Notes: generated by a model not told the origin, from the letters alone. A stretch of DNA of 64,000 nt from Octopus vulgaris (GCA_951406725.2 OX597838.1:29016001-29080000), one strand, 5' to 3'. Shown: positions 1 through 13,248, counted from the first letter of the stretch. Numbers and translations are program-made.

Positions 1-423
1 GTTAGTCCAAGGCTGATACAAGGGGTTAAACCAACAAACAACCTCGTAAACACTTTCAGCATCACCACCACCACTCCCACCATTCTCACCACCACCACCA
101 CCAAAACCACCGCCACAAACAGGACCACCACGACCACTAAGATGACGACGATGACCACCACCACCACCACCACCACCACCACACTACAACTACCACCACT
201 ACCTCTACTACTACTGAGACACGGATTAATCCGCAGCATGGGTCTCTTCTTTTCTCCGTCACCGGCTCAAGCGGGACGAGCCGGAAAGGCGCGTGAAATA
301 AAGCAGATAATTGAAAGGAAACAAGAGGAGGAAGATTATGGAGATGCAATGCTGATGAGGATGGAGGCAGAAGAAGATGAAGAGGTAGAAATAAAGAAGA
401 CAGAAGCGTGTGTGTTATTCGAT

Positions 424-480
<57 letters not shown>

Positions 481-502
481 CATACGTACATACATACATG
501 CA

Positions 503-562
<60 letters not shown>

Positions 563-565
<3 letters not shown>

Positions 566-748
566 CTCTTTTACTCTTTTACAGGTTTCAGTCCTTTGAC
601 TGAGGCCATGCTGGAGCATTGCCTTTAGTCGAAGAAATCGACCCCAGGATTTATTCTATGTAAGCCTAGTACTTATTCCATGGGTCTCTTCTGCTGATCC
701 GTTAAGATAAACACACCAACATCGGTTGTCAAGCGATGGTGGGGAGAC

Positions 749-830
<82 letters not shown>

Positions 831-1009
831 TCATGTACATATACACACGACGGGCTTCTTTCAGTTTCCGTCTACCAAATCCTCTCACAAGTCTTTGGTC
901 GGCCCGAGGCTATAGTAGAAGACACTTGCCCAAGGTGTCATGCAGTGGGACTGAACCCGGAACCATGTGGTTGGGAAGCAAGCTTCTTACCACACAGCAC
1001 ACCTGCGCC
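563..1009 (-). mobile_element. tRNA-headed SINE family A, full length, with internal (CA)n tract
   Basis: The minus strand matches the family consensus head GGCGCAGGAGTGGCTGTGTGGTAAG..GGTTCAGTCCC (Pol III box A/B-like), core CCTTGGGCAAGTGTCTT and tail GAAACAAGTAAAAGAGT. More than 20 copies or fragments occur in the window. Confidence 0.85.
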
Positions 1010-1018
1010 TTATATATA

Positions 1019-1222
1019 TACAAGGGAGTGCTAAAAAATTCCTGGCTTTAAGGGTACCGCGGAAGGCTTGATTGGAGGCCCAACCTTCTGAGTTCTTTTA
1101 CATGGTTTAGAAAAACTGAGGGACCACTGCAATAAGTGTGTGAATTTGAGAGGGGTATATGTTGATTAAAATCATAATTAACTGATCCTCCTGTATTTTC
1201 CTTTACACCCAAAGCCAAGAAC
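1019..1222 (+). mobile_element. Internally deleted mariner-like element (MITE-like)
   Basis: It starts TACAAGGGAGTGCTAAAAAATTCCTGGCTTT and ends AAAGCCAAGAAC, a partial inverted terminus. The interior reads (W)LEAQPSEFF..GLEKLRDHCNKCVNLRGVYVD*, like the mariner transposase C-terminus. Confidence 0.7.
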
Positions 1223-1233
1223 ATATATATATA

Positions 1234-1396
1234 GGTGCAGGAGTGGTTCTGTGGTAAGTAGCTTGCTTATCAACCACATGGTTCCGGGTTCAGTCCCACT
1301 GAGTGGCACCGTGGGCAAGTGTCTTCTACTATAGCCTCGGGCCGTCCAAAGCCTTGTGAGTGGATTTGGTAGACGGAAACTGAAAGAAGCCCGTCA
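1234..1396 (+). mobile_element. SINE family A, 5' half
   Basis: GGTGCAGGAGTGGTTCTGTGGTAAG head through GAAAGAAGCCCGTC. Confidence 0.85.
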
Positions 1397-1402
1397 TATG
1401 TA

Positions 1403-1796
1403 TACTCTTTTACTTGTTTCAGTCATTTGACTGCGGCCATGCTGGAGCACCGCCTTTAGTCGAGCAAATCGACCCCGGGACTTATTCTTTGTAAGCCCAG
1501 TACTTATTCTATCGGTCTCTTTTGCCGAACCGCTAAGTGACGGGGACGTAAACACACCAGCATCGGTTGTCAAGCAATGCTAGGGGGACAAACACAGACA
1601 CACACATACACACACATATATATATATATATACGACAAGCTTCTTTCAGTTTCCGTCTACCAAATCCACTCACAAGGCATTGGTCGGCCCGGGGATATAG
1701 CAGAAGACACTTGCCCAAGATGCCACGCAGTGGGACTGAACCCGGAACCATGTGGTTGGCTAGCAAGCTACTTACCACACAGTCACTCCTGCGCCT
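1403..1796 (-). mobile_element. SINE family A, full length
   Basis: Near-identical to the reverse complement of 22948-23368. Confidence 0.9.
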
Positions 1797-1837
1797 ATAT
1801 ATATATAAATAAATAAATGAATATATGTATATTATGC

Positions 1838-2036
1838 TTGTGTGTCTGTGTTTGCCCCCCCCCCCCAACATCACTTGACAGCCGATGCTGGTGTGTCAAG
1901 GCCCCGTAACTTAGCAGTTCGGTAAAAGAGTCCGATAGAATAAGTACTGAGCTTACAAAGAATAAGTCGATTTGTTCGACTAAAGGCGATGTTACAGCAT
2001 GGTCCAGTCAAATGACTTAAACGAATAAAGAATAAG
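1838..2036 (+). mobile_element. SINE family A, 3' half
   Basis: CTTGACAGCCGATGCTGGTGTG...GATAGAATAAGTACT...CAGCATGGTCCAGTCAAATGACT. Confidence 0.8.
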
Positions 2037-2038
2037 GG

Positions 2039-2171
<133 letters not shown>

Positions 2172-2300
2172 TATAGATAGATAGACGTTTGGTGATGCAA
2201 ATAGGAAAATAGAACTCCAAACATGAGTATATATACATGCTTTTTTTAAAATAAATAATCGACAGAAGTTATAGAGTGACTCAAGGGCCAAGAGTTTTTG

Positions 2301-2405
2301 TCGACCTTCCGTCAATGACCTTCCGTCAAGACCTCACGTCATCGACCTTCCGTCAAGACCTTCCGTCAACGACCTTCCGTCAACGACCTTCCGTCAATGT
2401 CCTTC
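2301..2405 (+). repeat. 13-15 bp tandem repeat (GACCTTCCGTCAA), about 7 units
   Basis: Direct head-to-tail copies with no unique spacers. Confidence 0.85.
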
Positions 2406-2833
2406 CACCCTCGTGTCCGGCAAAAAGAGTTTGACCCAGGCACATACCAATGCACCCATGTACACACACGCAAACCCTTATGAAAGGAACCCCCCCCCCC
2501 CCAACACATAACCCTGCATACAAATTGTACCCCACACATACACAGACGCCCCTATCTCACATATACATTACACATTACACACACATTCCACACCGCACGC
2601 TAACATACCCACTCCCACGACTTACAGAAAATAAAGCGGACCAACGAACACGGCTATATACACCTACACCCTAGGAAATCCCTACTTCAAGATAACTCTT
2701 ACAGGGGACATAAATACGAACCTAATCCCCCAGTCCTTTTTCGTTTCACCTCCTTTTTTCACAGCAGCCGCTGACCTGTTGTGTTAATCCACCCCCGACA
2801 ATAGAGAACAGTTGCCATATTCCCTTCCATATC

Positions 2834-2925
2834 GGCTAACTCTGATGAGCGCAAAGTTATATAATCGGATTGTTACCTAACACTTCATTGTATTCTTTAT
2901 GCAAAACCGATTGGTAAGACCAGCC
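2834..2925 (+). ncRNA. Degenerate type-I hammerhead ribozyme motif (G12 to A)
   Basis: GGCTaaCT-CTGATGA-GCGCAAAG...CTTTATGC-AAAA-CC gatt GG-TA-AGaccAGCC. Helices I, II and III can all be drawn, but GAAA is mutated to AAAA. Confidence 0.55.
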
Positions 2926-3029
2926 ATGATGGAAATTATATCATTTCAGATGATATAATCATTCTGCTGACAGATATAAGAGTGCATCTTTTCCCTGACT
3001 TATGGTCTCCAAGACGACTCACCTCACGT

Positions 3030-3097
<68 letters not shown>

Positions 3098-3102
<5 letters not shown>

Positions 3103-3185
3103 CCTGAGCGCCATACTAATACAATTGTTTGTTTGTTTTCCACCTGCCTTCGTCTTTTGTCTATTTTCATAAAGCTTCCCGTTAT
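3098..3185 (+). mobile_element. 3' fragment of the short HHR-bearing PLE-type family (ribozyme part missing)
   Basis: TTCCTGAGCGCCATACTAATAC...CCACCTGCCTTCGTCTTTTGT matches 59400-59482 and is flanked by (TA)n on both sides. Confidence 0.7.
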
Positions 3186-3198
3186 ATATATATATATA

Positions 3199-3608
3199 TT
3201 CTCTTTTACTTGTTTCAGTCATTTGACTGCGGCCATGCTGGAGCACCGCCTTTAGTCGAGCAAATCGACCCCTGGGACTTATTCTTTGTAAGCCCAGTAC
3301 TTATTCTATCGGTTCTCTTTTTGCCGAACCGCTAAGTGACGGGGACGTAAACACACCAGCATCGGTTGTCAAGCAATGCTAGAGGGACACACACAGACAC
3401 ACAAACATATACATACACATACATACATACATATATATACATATATACGACAGGCTTCTTTCAGTTTCCGTCTACCAAATCCACTCACAAGGCATTGGTC
3501 GGCCCGGGGCTATAGCAGAAGACACTTGCCCAAGATGCCACGCAGTGGGACTGAACCCAGAACCATGTGGTTGGTAGGCAAGCTACTTACCACACAGCCA
3601 CTCCTGCA
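3199..3608 (-). mobile_element. SINE family A, full length
   Basis: Matches the family consensus along its whole length. Confidence 0.9.
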
Positions 3609-3621
3609 CGTATACATATAT

Positions 3622-3660
<39 letters not shown>

Positions 3661-4336
3661 AGAGAGAGATGGAAAGAGGAAGGGATGGGCAGTTTTTGCG
3701 GGTAGGCATGGCCAAAAGTTTCGGAAAGTGTTATTGATTCGCAATAATAATGTCGCGTGTTCAGTTTTGCGGCAGGGCAATTTAGGGGTCACCTGGAGTA
3801 TAGTTTCGGGGTCGAATGGAGGTTTGGGAATGAAATGAAATGGAGGGGACGTAGAAAAAGATGTTATAGGGATGATGATGATGACAATGTTGATGATGAT
3901 GACGATGATAATGATGATGACGATGATGATAACGATGAAAAAAAGGGGAGGAAGTGGAGAAGAAAAAGAAAACGAAGACAAAAAGGTGTGAATACGATGA
4001 AGACGATGACGATGATGATGATGATGATGATGACTGATTGATGATGATGATGATGATGATGATGATAATGATGATGATGATGATTGCGATGGTGATAGCG
4101 GTGATGATAGCTACAGTACCTACGGCGACTGAAGGAACCAGTGAAGCGTGATGTATTGGCAGGAGTTAAGAGAGAGAGAGAAAAAGCGAGAGAGAGAGAG
4201 AGAGAGAAAAAGCGAGAGAGAGAGAGAGAGAGGGGAAAGAAGGAGAGAGAGAGGGGAAGATTAGGAAGGGGAGAGAGGAGGACGAATCGAAAAGGGGAGA
4301 AAGAGAAAGTAGATGTTTAACGAAAAACAACAAAAG

Positions 4337-4397
<61 letters not shown>

Positions 4398-4627
4398 CAG
4401 GAGAATTTAATACAAGAGAATTTAAGAAATGGACGAAAGAAGAAAAAAAAAGAGGCTAAATAAAGAGAAAGGAGGATAGACGGAGATCCAAAGCCATCTT
4501 TAGATAGAATGATGGATAGGCAGATATTGTCGTCAGCTGATATGTAAGTGTACGTATGTATATGTATATATATATTTTGTTATTATATATATAGATAAGG
4601 AGATAGATAGAGATTCTGTAGTACTTT

Positions 4628-4667
<40 letters not shown>

Positions 4668-4801
4668 CATACATATATATGTGTGTGTGTGTATACATAT
4701 ATGCGCACATACACACACATACGTACGCGTGTATACAGACACACATACACGCGTACATACACAGACACACACACACACATATGCATAAATATAGACGAGA
4801 A

Positions 4802-4838
<37 letters not shown>

Positions 4839-4870
4839 ATGAGAGATAGAAACGGAATAAGATAGAGAAG

Positions 4871-4922
<52 letters not shown>

Positions 4923-4987
4923 GAGAAAGAGAGACAGAGACAAAGAGACGGAGACAGAGAGAGAGAGAGAGAAGGAGAGAGAGAGGG

Positions 4988-5018
<31 letters not shown>

Positions 5019-5037
5019 GGGAGAGAGAGACGGAGAA

Positions 5038-5068
<31 letters not shown>

Positions 5069-5284
5069 ATAAGGGAAGAACTCTAACATAACACAACACA
5101 AAAACGAACGAATGTTGTTAAGGAGGGAACGAAAGAAGAAAATAGTGGACGAGTAAGAAGAAACAGACCGAAGAAGACTACAACCACCACTAATAAGACT
5201 AACAATAATACGACTACTACTACTAGTACTATTACTACTATTACTAATAATAATAGTAATACGAAGAAGAACAATAAACAAGAA

Positions 5285-5482
5285 CCAGCTCTGTTGTCTG
5301 CCTCTTGCCGCTCCTCGTTGGCCACCCCTGAGGAATTGCGGAAAGACAGGGGAGAAGCATGAAGCTGGGAACCATATGAAATGGTCGCTGGATATTATTA
5401 CTTAGCGTCCAAATGTTTAAGAGGAAACACCACTGTGAAGGTTGCTCTGTGGCTTCTCGACGACACTGCCGGAAAACGTACG
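5285..5482 (+). other. Candidate first exon or 5' UTR of an unidentified host gene
   Basis: A non-repetitive, GC-richer island follows a long (GA)n/purine tract. It has several ATGs (e.g. MVAGYYYLASKCLRGNTTVKVALWLLDDTAGKRT) and a possible donor ACG|GTAAAC at 5483. I recognise no protein family. Confidence 0.25.
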
Positions 5483-5623
5483 GTAAACGCGCTGGATTTT
5501 CGTTTCTGCTTGTTGTTGGGATTGATTGTATGATGGAGTAGTGGAGGTCTTTTATGGATTGTTGTCTGTGTTTCCGTTCGTGTATGAATGTGTGTCTGTG
5601 TGTATGTGTGTGTCTATCTGTCC

Positions 5624-5663
<40 letters not shown>

Positions 5664-5740
5664 GTGTAGAGGTATGTGTATATATTGATGTCTTTCGGTA
5701 TGTATATTTAGAAAGTGATTGTGTATGTATCTATGTAGGC

Positions 5741-5775
<35 letters not shown>

Positions 5776-6071
5776 TTTACAGATGTATGTATATATGTAT
5801 GTGTGTGTATGTATTTGTATATGTATGACAGCAGTCTTTATGTATATATTTATTTGTGTATGAACACGGTTGAGTAAATATGAATGTACATAGGGGTGTA
5901 TATATGTATACACGTTAATGTTGGAGGAAATCTGTATGTATGTATGAATGTATGTTTGTATGTATGTATGTATGTATGTATATATGTATGAATGTATGTT
6001 TGTATGTATGTATGCAACTATATGTGTGTAGATGGTTGTATGTGTGTATGTATGTATATATACATACATAC

Positions 6072-6109
<38 letters not shown>

Positions 6110-6575
6110 CTAGTTCTATATGTATGTGTATATATGTGTATGTATTTGTATATGTGAATGCACTAAAGTACTTCTGCCGGCCTCTGTCTGCCTGTCTGTC
6201 TGTATGTTTGTATATATGTATGTACATCGTTGTGTACATGTGTGTATATAGTCGTGTATATACGAATTTACTTTGAGAAATGTATATGTATGCGTTTGTA
6301 TACATTTGTATGTATTTGTGCATGTATGTATACACACACAAACACAAACACAGACACAAGCACAAACACACACACAAACACAAACACACACACATATCTA
6401 CGTATGAATGTATGCATGTATGTATAGAGATGTATACTTTATTAATATAGTGAAATACTAAGCGTGCTTATGGGTATGCACGTATTTATGAATTTTGTAT
6501 ACACACACATATATATATGCATGTACATATATATGTATATATATACATATATGTATATATATATGTATGTATATA

Positions 6576-6611
<36 letters not shown>

Positions 6612-6708
6612 CATACATACATACATATATATACATACATACATATATATGTATATATATATATATATATATGCGTGTATGAATGTATGTGTGTGTGTGT
6701 ATATATAC

Positions 6709-6767
<59 letters not shown>

Positions 6768-7376
6768 TGATAAATACATATATATGCATGCATGAATGTA
6801 TGTATATATATGCATATATATATATATATATATATCCATATATATGTATACACATGCATAAAACATATATATTCATGTTTACGTGTATATATATGTATGT
6901 ACATGTATATATGTATGTATATATACATACATACATATACATATGTATATAAATGCATATATACATACATAAGCACGTATATATATATATATGTTTATAT
7001 GTGTGTTATGTTGATTCTTCAATGTAACGTGAGTTATACTTTGACAGAAGCGATTTACTCTCAAAGTCTTTCCATCCGTGACCATTCGTTCTGTTTTTTA
7101 CTCTACATCTGCATTATCCTCTTGAGGAATGGCTTGGCTGCTACTTCCTGCATGCCGTCTCTTTGTTTTTCTGTACTCTGCTTGACCGAGCAAAACTGTA
7201 ACCAAGCTGTTTCCAGCCATGACCATATCATCTTTCATCGAGGTTATTCTGTAATTCTGTACATGATAACGGAAGCGTGTGATTTAAACGAGATTTGAAT
7301 TTTGGCTGGTGTTTCTAGCATTTCGACGAGATTCACCTTCATCGTGTTACGTTCCTTGTCTCCGTGAGGATTACAT

Positions 7377-7426
<50 letters not shown>

Positions 7427-7466
7427 ATATGTCTACATATACAAGACTGTGTATGTGTCTGTATTT

Positions 7467-7714
<248 letters not shown>

Positions 7715-7756
7715 ATACCACCATACACATACAAAACTTTGTGCGTGCGTGTGTAG

Positions 7757-7793
<37 letters not shown>

Positions 7794-8552
7794 GTGTGTG
7801 TGTATTCGTATATTCCGATTCTGTGTTGTTTGAAATGTGTGTGCGAATGCATAATATGATCTGCTGTCGTTGTTATTGTTGTTGCAGTTGCTGCTGCAGC
7901 TGCTACCGTTGCTGCTGTTGTGTCGTTTCGTACCGAGTCAGCTTCGAATGGGCAGACCTGTCATTAAACACCGTTCCAGGCGTGATCATCCAGTCTTATA
8001 ATAACATGGCATCGTTTTTTTTTTTAGTAACGACAGGTTGCGACTGAAGAGAATTTTCGCAGTTATTTCTAGCACTTCAAACGACTCACATACAAGTTTC
8101 TTCTCCGCGTGTTGTATACATTACTGCTCGGCGTATGCGCGCGCGCGCATGTCAGTGCTTGTGCGTGCGCGCGCGTATGCGTCCGCGCGTGCGCGAGCGA
8201 GTGTGTTGGTGTCGCTGTTGGTATTTTCGTTGCTGTTTAGTTCCAGCTCAATCCTGATTCAAAGAACCTTTAATCAAAGTGGTTCCAATTCTGACCACGC
8301 CGTTTTCTAAAGTATTCTGTACTTAGGAAGTACGCTGTGTCGCCGATTGTGTCATTCTGTATTTAAGGGAACAAGGTTTCGTTTGAGGGAGATTTGGCTA
8401 CCGTTCTTTGGAGGTCGAACAACTGTATGTGTAGGCTGGCTTGCCTAGGTGTGACTATGTATTGAACTGTAAGTTGTACGCACGTATATATACACATGCT
8501 TGTATTTATACGTACATACATACATACATACATACCTACATGCATACATACA

Positions 8553-8583
<31 letters not shown>

Positions 8584-8585
<2 letters not shown>

Positions 8586-8810
8586 CACCTTGATCACCTT
8601 GACCGACCAGTCCGTCAGGCGTCCATTTGACACCGCTGGTCACAGCACGCTGTCCACTCCTCTCTGGATCGTGCCTTTCTCATCCACATGATCCCAATCG
8701 TCTTCCTGAAATCGTAACTCCACCGTCGTGGAGGTCTTCCGGGTGGTCTTTTCCGCTCACGCGGGTACCACTCGACAACTGCGTGCGTCCACCGATTATC
8801 GGTGAGCCGA
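8584..8810 (-). mobile_element. RTE-clade LINE, 5'-truncated 3' end
   Basis: The minus strand 8806-8615 translates LTDNRWTHAVVEWYPRERKRPPGRPPRRWSYDFRKTIGIMWMRKARSREEWTACCDQRCQMDA*, an RTE C-terminus. A short 3' UTR follows, ending (CAAGGTGAT)2. Confidence 0.85.
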
Positions 8811-8849
8811 TATATATATATGTATATGTGTCTGTGTGTGTATATAATA

Positions 8850-9325
8850 TACGACGCTATAGTAAAGCTTCACTATATTCACTGGCAAAGATGTCTGCGG
8901 GCGGCGAACATAAAAAGAACATTAAATAAATGTACAACCCAGATGTGGATAATCTAAGACCTAGGTTTCGAACTTTCCAAATTACGTTTGTTAGCATAAA
9001 TTTGATTAGTTCTCTTCGGCTATTTAAATCCTGGATTTCACGGTGGTGACACCGTTCTGTGAGTTTGGTAAAGTATGTACCTATACACTTATATTGAACA
9101 GTGAAACTGAATGCTTAACACTGCATTGGTAGAAAAATATTCTTTATTTTTTTGTTAATTAGGCTACCATTGGTTTCCTGTAGAGAGAATTTTTTTGACA
9201 ATTATCAAGCCAGCCACACAGATTGGCATTCGTCTCCAACTCCATAAACGTATAGGGAGTGGATGAGAGTAAAATAAACTCAGTATAGATAACACAGACT
9301 AGTGCTCAAATGTATGTGAACTTAT
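8850..9325 (-). mobile_element. Decayed Penelope-like element 3' end (GIY-YIG C-terminal remnant plus HHR-bearing 3' UTR)
   Basis: The minus strand reads TYI*AL...ILLSSTPY...NLC, then after a frameshift LINKK*RIFFYQC. This resembles the PLE YIW..IL...PY..C.LC..LNK..E...C.H tail. An HHR and a TA/TG tract follow. Confidence 0.55.
8954..9024 (-). ncRNA. Type-I hammerhead ribozyme motif (U4C), palindromic helix III
   Basis: TAG-CCGAAGA-GAAC..GTTC-GAAAC-CTAG-GTC-TTA. ACCTAGGT is a perfect palindrome. Confidence 0.65.
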
Positions 9326-9904
9326 AGTCCAACTACAACAACCTGGGTCGGGCTCGCGGCATCGATAGTGGCTGTTAGAGAAATCCAAATCGAGCTGTTA
9401 TCGAGCTAGAAAGGAAGATAAACACTGTTAGGCTTGAGACATATACTTACATGGAGCACAAAATACAGATTATAGAATAAAGAAAAGAAAACATAAGGAA
9501 GAAACATTATGTAACGTCTTATCTCGACAGCTGTTTCAAAAGATCAAACTTATGTTACACTCATATTCATAAGTGATATGTGCATGATGTCATACACGTA
9601 AAATTACCGACAAGGCCAAATGAAAATTTGGCCTCGTATGTTTTGCTCCATGTAAATTTATATTTCAAGCCTAACTGTGTTTATGTACCTTACTACCTGC
9701 CTGTCTGTCTGCCTCTCTTTCTACATATACAAACACGCACACACAAACTTATACATATATATACATATATACATATATGATATATATGTATGCACATCTT
9801 CATTTTGGGATCACCAATACTTTATTATCTCTCCCTTTTTTTACCTCTCCTGCCAAGACTTTCTCCTCCCAAATAGTCGCCATGCTTGATCGCTAAATCC
9901 ATAA

Positions 9905-10072
9905 TTTCTTTTCATTCTCTCTCTGTTTATTTTTCTCTTAATCCTTTCCGCCGAAGAGCGTAGACTCGAAACGCCAAAGACTTTTCCATTCTTCCCAAGC
10001 GTTAAACTAATACACCTGCTTGTTCTTCCTACACCTGTCTTCGTCTTGTGTTTTTTTATAAATTCCAACTAC
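9905..10072 (+). mobile_element. Short PLE-type element with degenerate minimal HHR (9944-9979)
   Basis: CTTT-CCGCCGA-A-GAGC GTAG ACTC-GAAAC-GCC-AAAG. The downstream sequence is homologous to the copies at 24.7, 53.5, 59.35 and 61.4 kb. Confidence 0.7.
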
Positions 10073-10157
10073 ACACACACATATATATTTATGTATACAC
10101 ATACATGCATACATAAATATGTATACACATACATACATACTTACATGCACACACATA

Positions 10158-10248
<91 letters not shown>

Positions 10249-10309
10249 GTATGTATGTATGTATGTATGTATGTATGTATGTATGTATGTATGTATGTAT
10301 GTATGTATG

Positions 10310-10355
<46 letters not shown>

Positions 10356-10362
10356 CATGTTT

Positions 10363-10682
10363 GAAGGAACGTGTTTAGTGGTTAGAGTTTACAGCTCATG
10401 ATAGTAATGTTGTGAGTTCGATACTCGATGACGCGTTGTGACCTTGGGCAAGACACTCTATTTCACGTTGGTCTAGTTCACTGAGCAGGCAAAAATGAGT
10501 TGTACCTGTATTTCAAAGGGCCCGCCTTGTCACACTCTGTGTCATGCGGAATCTCCCTGAGAACTATGTTAAGGGTACACGTGTCTGCGGAGTGCTCAGC
10601 CACTTGTACGTTAATTTCTCGAGCAGGCTATTCCATTGATCAGATCAACTGGAACACTTATCATCGAAACCGATGGAGTGCA
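10363..10682 (+). mobile_element. tRNA-headed SINE family C
   Basis: Head GTGTTTAGTGGTTAGAG..GAGTTCGATACTC and core GTGACCTTGGGCAAGACACT. Related heads lie at 35270-35466(-), 49122-49290(+), 34612-34850(-) and 63030-63172(-). Confidence 0.7.
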
Positions 10683-10764
10683 TGCATATATGTATGTATA
10701 CATACACACACACACACACACATTTATATATATGTATACATACATGCACACACAAATATATGCG

Positions 10765-10796
<32 letters not shown>

Positions 10797-10818
10797 TGTA
10801 TGTATGTATGTATGTATG

Positions 10819-11025
10819 TACGAGGGGAAGTCAAAGATTATCGCTATAAAATATCTTTATTATTGTCACACTGCCTTCTGCGCATGCGTGCTTATAGTTG
10901 GTACTGTTGTGGCCACGTGATCGAAGTTTGAACCCAATCGCGCCATTTTTCCTTCTGGCTTTACAGTATAAGCGTGGCCGCTTCACTAGCAATGTGCACC
11001 AAAGAAGGACAAAGAGCAGTAACCT
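10819..11025 (+). mobile_element. Mariner-like transposon 5' end
   Basis: It starts TACGAGGGGAAGTCAAAG, typical of a mariner TIR after TA. It ends in AASLAMCTKEGQRAV, similar to the mariner N-terminal ..CTKEEQRAVIRFL. Confidence 0.6.
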
Positions 11026-11250
11026 TACATTCCAACCGACAGCGGGGTTTCGAATCTCACGAAAGGGTCTACTGTTAACCAGGTCTGCTTCTCAACGGAT
11101 AACAGTTGTTCGGCAAAAACTCACAAATTTGCTATGTACGGATAGTGAATATGGGTGGTTCCTTTACACAGTTTGGCTTTCAAACTGGGTCGATTGCTGA
11201 CAGTTCCTATACGTCTATTCTTGTAAAATTTATTCCAAACGCACAAAGCA

Positions 11251-11552
11251 TCTCTGTAACACCAGGGTCTATAACCTGTAACAGTAAGGCTTATAACCTG
11301 CAGTACCGTGGCTTATATTCTGCGTCACTAGGACCTGCCTGTAACAGCAGAATTAGGGCCTACCTGTAACAGAAAGTTCCAGGGCCTACCTGTAACACCA
11401 GACTCCAGGTCCTACATGTAATATCAGGCTCTAGGGCCTAGTTGTGACATCAGGCTACAGGGCCTAAAATCAGTATCACCAGGATCTATAAGATGTAACA
11501 CCAGAACCTACAACTTGTAGCACCGAAGCTTATAACCTGCAAAACGAGGGCC
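11251..11552 (+). repeat. Imperfect minisatellite of about 21-bp and 26-bp units (ACCTGTAACACCAG core)
   Basis: About 13 diverged units, such as ACCTGTAACAGTAAGGCTTATA and ACCTGTAACACCAGACTCCAGGTCCT. Confidence 0.75.
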
Positions 11553-12345
11553 AGAAGCACTTGGGACTAGAAGTCGGATTTAGCTGGTACCTCGGAGCCA
11601 AGCACGGGTCCGTGACTATCTGCTGAAGCCCTCCTTGAAAAGAACGCTTCACAACCTTGAACTTTTGAGAACCTCCCCCCCCTTCTTCCGGGACCCTAAA
11701 TCATTTTCGGAAAATTTTTTGCGCTAAATTTCTCTCTTTCGGAATCTTAGTGTAGCATTGTCAGGTCAAGTACTTTTGGAGTTTGTTCGTATTCTCTAGA
11801 CCTCAAAGTTCCCCACAAGAGGCAACACTCTGTCGCTCAGAATTGCTCCCACGCCATCGTTAAATTCTGGCCATCATCGCTCCCTGGTCATCGTCGCTTT
11901 AACAATTTTGGTTGAGTCAACTCTATCGATTTCACTACTAGAGTAGAGGTTATTTTACAGACCCTGCAAAAAAAGAGAAAAAAGAAAAAAACAACAACAA
12001 AAAACAAAAAAACACACAAAAAACCCCCCAGGAATATGGCCCGTGTCGTGATTTGAACTCTCTGTAGCGTAAATAGCCCATGCAAGCCATTTTGTTGCCC
12101 GCTCTAACAATTCAACTACAACTCCTCACTCGCCCGGTTAAAAATGTTGTGTGTGTGTATGTGTGTGTGTGTGTGTGCGTGTGTGTGTATGTGCACGCGC
12201 GAGTGTGTGTGCGCGTGCATACGTAGGTATATACACACACATGCATATGTACGTATGTATATGTATATATATATATATATATGCGTGTATGTATATACAT
12301 AAATGTATGTGTGTATATATGTGTGCGTGTGTATATATATATATC

Positions 12346-12381
<36 letters not shown>

Positions 12382-12412
12382 CACATATATATATACATAC
12401 ATATATATATAC

Positions 12413-12531
<119 letters not shown>

Positions 12532-12553
12532 TATACACACACATACACACATA

Positions 12554-12589
<36 letters not shown>

Positions 12590-12919
12590 TGTATGTAGCT
12601 CCTCCGAAGGCCGCGTGTTTATATAGCTGGTGTTTATCTTTCACATGAGAGTTCTGCAGAATTAAACAGAAAAGAGAGGGCGGGATCTCCACCTACAACT
12701 TCCGGGCTTAGGACACCAGGGCGTTCGTAATACAGGTTCTCCACCGTACAACAAGGTCAGAGGAGACGAAAAGGACTAAGTTCCCTCAGCTTAGAGACGA
12801 CCATCACGTCGATTGCAGCAACAACAATGTCGAAAGCGACCAAAGGTTCTGGAGGATGGATGTGAACTGTAGACCTTTGAACTGGTGGGTCGATGCATCG
12901 ATATTTTTCTCGTAACTAC

Positions 12920-13015
<96 letters not shown>

Positions 13016-13169
13016 GTCTGTCTGTCTGTCTATCTGTATGCATGTATGTCCGTTTGTTTATGAGTTTATGTATGTATGTATGTATGTTTATATGTACGTA
13101 TGTAGGTATGTATGTATGAATCTATCTAGCTATCAGTCTGTTTCTTTGTTTTTATGTATAATATGCATG

Positions 13170-13235
<66 letters not shown>

Positions 13236-13248
13236 CCTACCTACCTAC

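Noticed and set aside
1567-1812. Recurrent peptide RQASFSFRLPNPLTRHWSARGYSRRHLPK seen in many ORFs
   Set aside because: It is the antisense translation of SINE family A, not a protein family.
2301-2405. Short direct repeats here and at 11251-11552 that superficially resemble CRISPR arrays
   Set aside because: They are head-to-tail tandem units without unique spacers, there are no cas genes, and the context is eukaryotic.
5324-5352. CTGAGGA...GAAAG hammerhead-like words (also CTGACGA at 4530- and CTGAAGA at 51990+)
   Set aside because: Helix II or III and the NUH site cannot be formed, so these are chance matches.
12594-12920. Possible solo LTR (TGTAG...CTAC)
   Set aside because: The terminal match is short and imperfect, with no TSD or second copy visible.
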